A stretch of 64,000 nt of DNA, taken from NCBI GenBank assembly GCA_965112155.1, contig OZ218102.1. The stretch is one strand, 5' to 3'. Source of the DNA: Podarcis liolepis. Lineage: Eukaryota. Numbering within the stretch: the stretch's first letter is position 1; the number at the start of each line of letters is the position of its first letter. The notes beneath the pieces were generated by a model. It was given only the letters and a program-made list of their open reading frames with translations, did not search any database and had not been told where the DNA came from. Of this stretch, positions 62,626 through 64,000 are shown piece after piece. The translations under genes and the position numbers were made by a program.

Positions 62626-62841
62626 CAGCCGTACCTCGTTACGTCAGTCTCTGGTTGCATTTTTTCAGGATATGAACATGGCAAACCTGGAAGTGTATAC
62701 TTCCGGGTTTCGCCGCGCACACATGCGCAGAAGCGCTCTGCGTGTCTCACACGTGCACAGAAGTGGCACTCTAGCTGCAGACTTTTCAGGGTGCAAACAG
62801 CACCCTGGAACGGATCGAGTCCGTAACTAGAGGTACCACTG
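62626..62841. mobile_element. Tc1/mariner (Tigger-like) MITE
   Basis: TA flanks. TIRs CAGCCGTACCTC-GTTACG / CGTAACTAGAGGTACCACTG. CpG-rich interior. Confidence 0.8.
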
Positions 62842-63704
62842 TATAAAGCTTCTTAACATGCTGATACAAAGGCGGCACTGGCACAAGGCTTAGCCACAAC
62901 TGCTTAGGTGGATGAAATACAGTAATGGCACTGAGTAGCCAAAGGCTTCTGAGCCTAAAGATTCCAAAGGCAGTGTTGATGAAGAGTTCAAGAAGCTCTA
63001 CAAGGCTGATGCCTTCACAATGTTGACAAACTAGGCAATGACAAGGACGGGCCAATTCAGAGAATTTGGAAGGGGTGGAAGAAGTCATGACACATTTGGT
63101 TTAGCAAAACCCTATCCGTACAGAGTTGGAGGTGGGGAAGAGAATAGGAACAACAGCTTACAAAACTACCAAATGATGAGAGGTCCCTTTCTGCTGCTGC
63201 TCACTATGTGGTCATAAAGAAACTGAGCCAAAAGGTATTGGTTAAACTCCCAAAGAACACCAAAATACATGGGTAAAGAAGAGAGTGGTGGCACCTCTAA
63301 TCTTCCAGAACTTTCTAGAATGTCCCACTTATAGACTGCACAGGCAGGTTTCCATATTTGGGATTGCACGGAATCCACAGGGCACAGCATGACCTACTTT
63401 ATATTCCAGTATAACCTCCTGGAAAAGTAACTGCAGCAATTGTGACAGAGAAGCAGCAAGAGAGTTGTTTCATGCTGATAAAATAAAGCCCACGTCATGT
63501 CAAACTGCCTCCTCTGCACCAAAACTCATGATACCTTGAGCGTGGGTCAGAAAAGGCTGAGAGCTTTAAAAAATATGATTTTTTAAAAACTCTTCCTCTA
63601 TGGGACAGTTATCTGTCCAGCTAAAGATTCAATCCTCTTTTCCATGTTGGCACTGAGACTAGATAGTGGGAAATTTTATGGGGTCAAAAAGGATTGTCAA
63701 TTCT

Positions 63705-63990
63705 TTTCTTAGCCAGATTCTGGGTGCTTATAAAAAGCCCTAAACAACTTGGGACCCCATATTCAAAAGAAATATTGACTTGCTTGTGCATCAAGACTTA
63801 TAGAGGAGACAGTCTTTGTGATTCCACCTGCAAATTACATTTACAGGTGACAGTGCAGGAGAAGACCTTTTATTTGGTGGTCCCCCACTTGTGGAAAGAT
63901 AGATCTCTCTTCTGAGGTGCATCTTGTGCTGATGCTATTGGTGTCCTCTCGATAGATTGAGGATGCACATCTTTGCCCAGGACCTTTGGG
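63705..63990 (+). mobile_element. Degraded L2 ORF2 3' fragment
   Basis: Remnants KALNNLGPHI and EKTFYLVVPHLWK resemble the L2 KALxxLGP and RAFSVxAPxLWN motifs. Confidence 0.6.
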
Positions 63991-64000
63991 AGTGGTTAGA

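Noticed and set aside
1-64000. CRISPR arrays, operons, tRNA/rRNA genes, intact retroviral or transposase ORFs
   Set aside because: None seen. This is eukaryotic intron/intergenic DNA, and the tRNA-like heads belong to SINEs.

Overview
Vertebrate nuclear DNA from a squamate. The Sauria SINE subfamily suggests a lacertid lizard (Podarcis/Lacerta/Zootoca-like). Two genes lie on the minus strand in the conserved amniote order ARMH3 -> KCNIP2. (1) The last two coding exons of ARMH3/C10orf76 (48987-48871 and 46919-46827, ending ...LLKEFSTIS*) and its 3' UTR. Everything right of 48987 is one large ARMH3 intron containing a 200-N assembly gap. (2) The CpG-island promoter and first coding exon of KCNIP2/KChIP2 (22232-22160, [25 protein letters not shown]). 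Everything left of 22160 appears to be KCNIP2 intron 1, since exon 2 was not found. The rest is intronic or intergenic sequence with old and young transposon fragments: Sauria SINEs, a Squam3/MIR-like SINE, tRNA-headed CR1-tailed SINEs, CR1, L2 and RTE LINE pieces, and hAT and Tc1/mariner MITEs, several of them nested. There are also microsatellites and TAAT-rich candidate enhancers. I found no new protein-coding system. The best leads are regulatory: an RE1/REST site in KCNIP2 intron 1, a paired E-box inverted repeat in its promoter, a hairpin-embedded bidirectional poly(A) signal in the ARMH3 3' UTR, a tandem splice donor that could change the ARMH3 C-terminus, and a MITE-created candidate poison exon.
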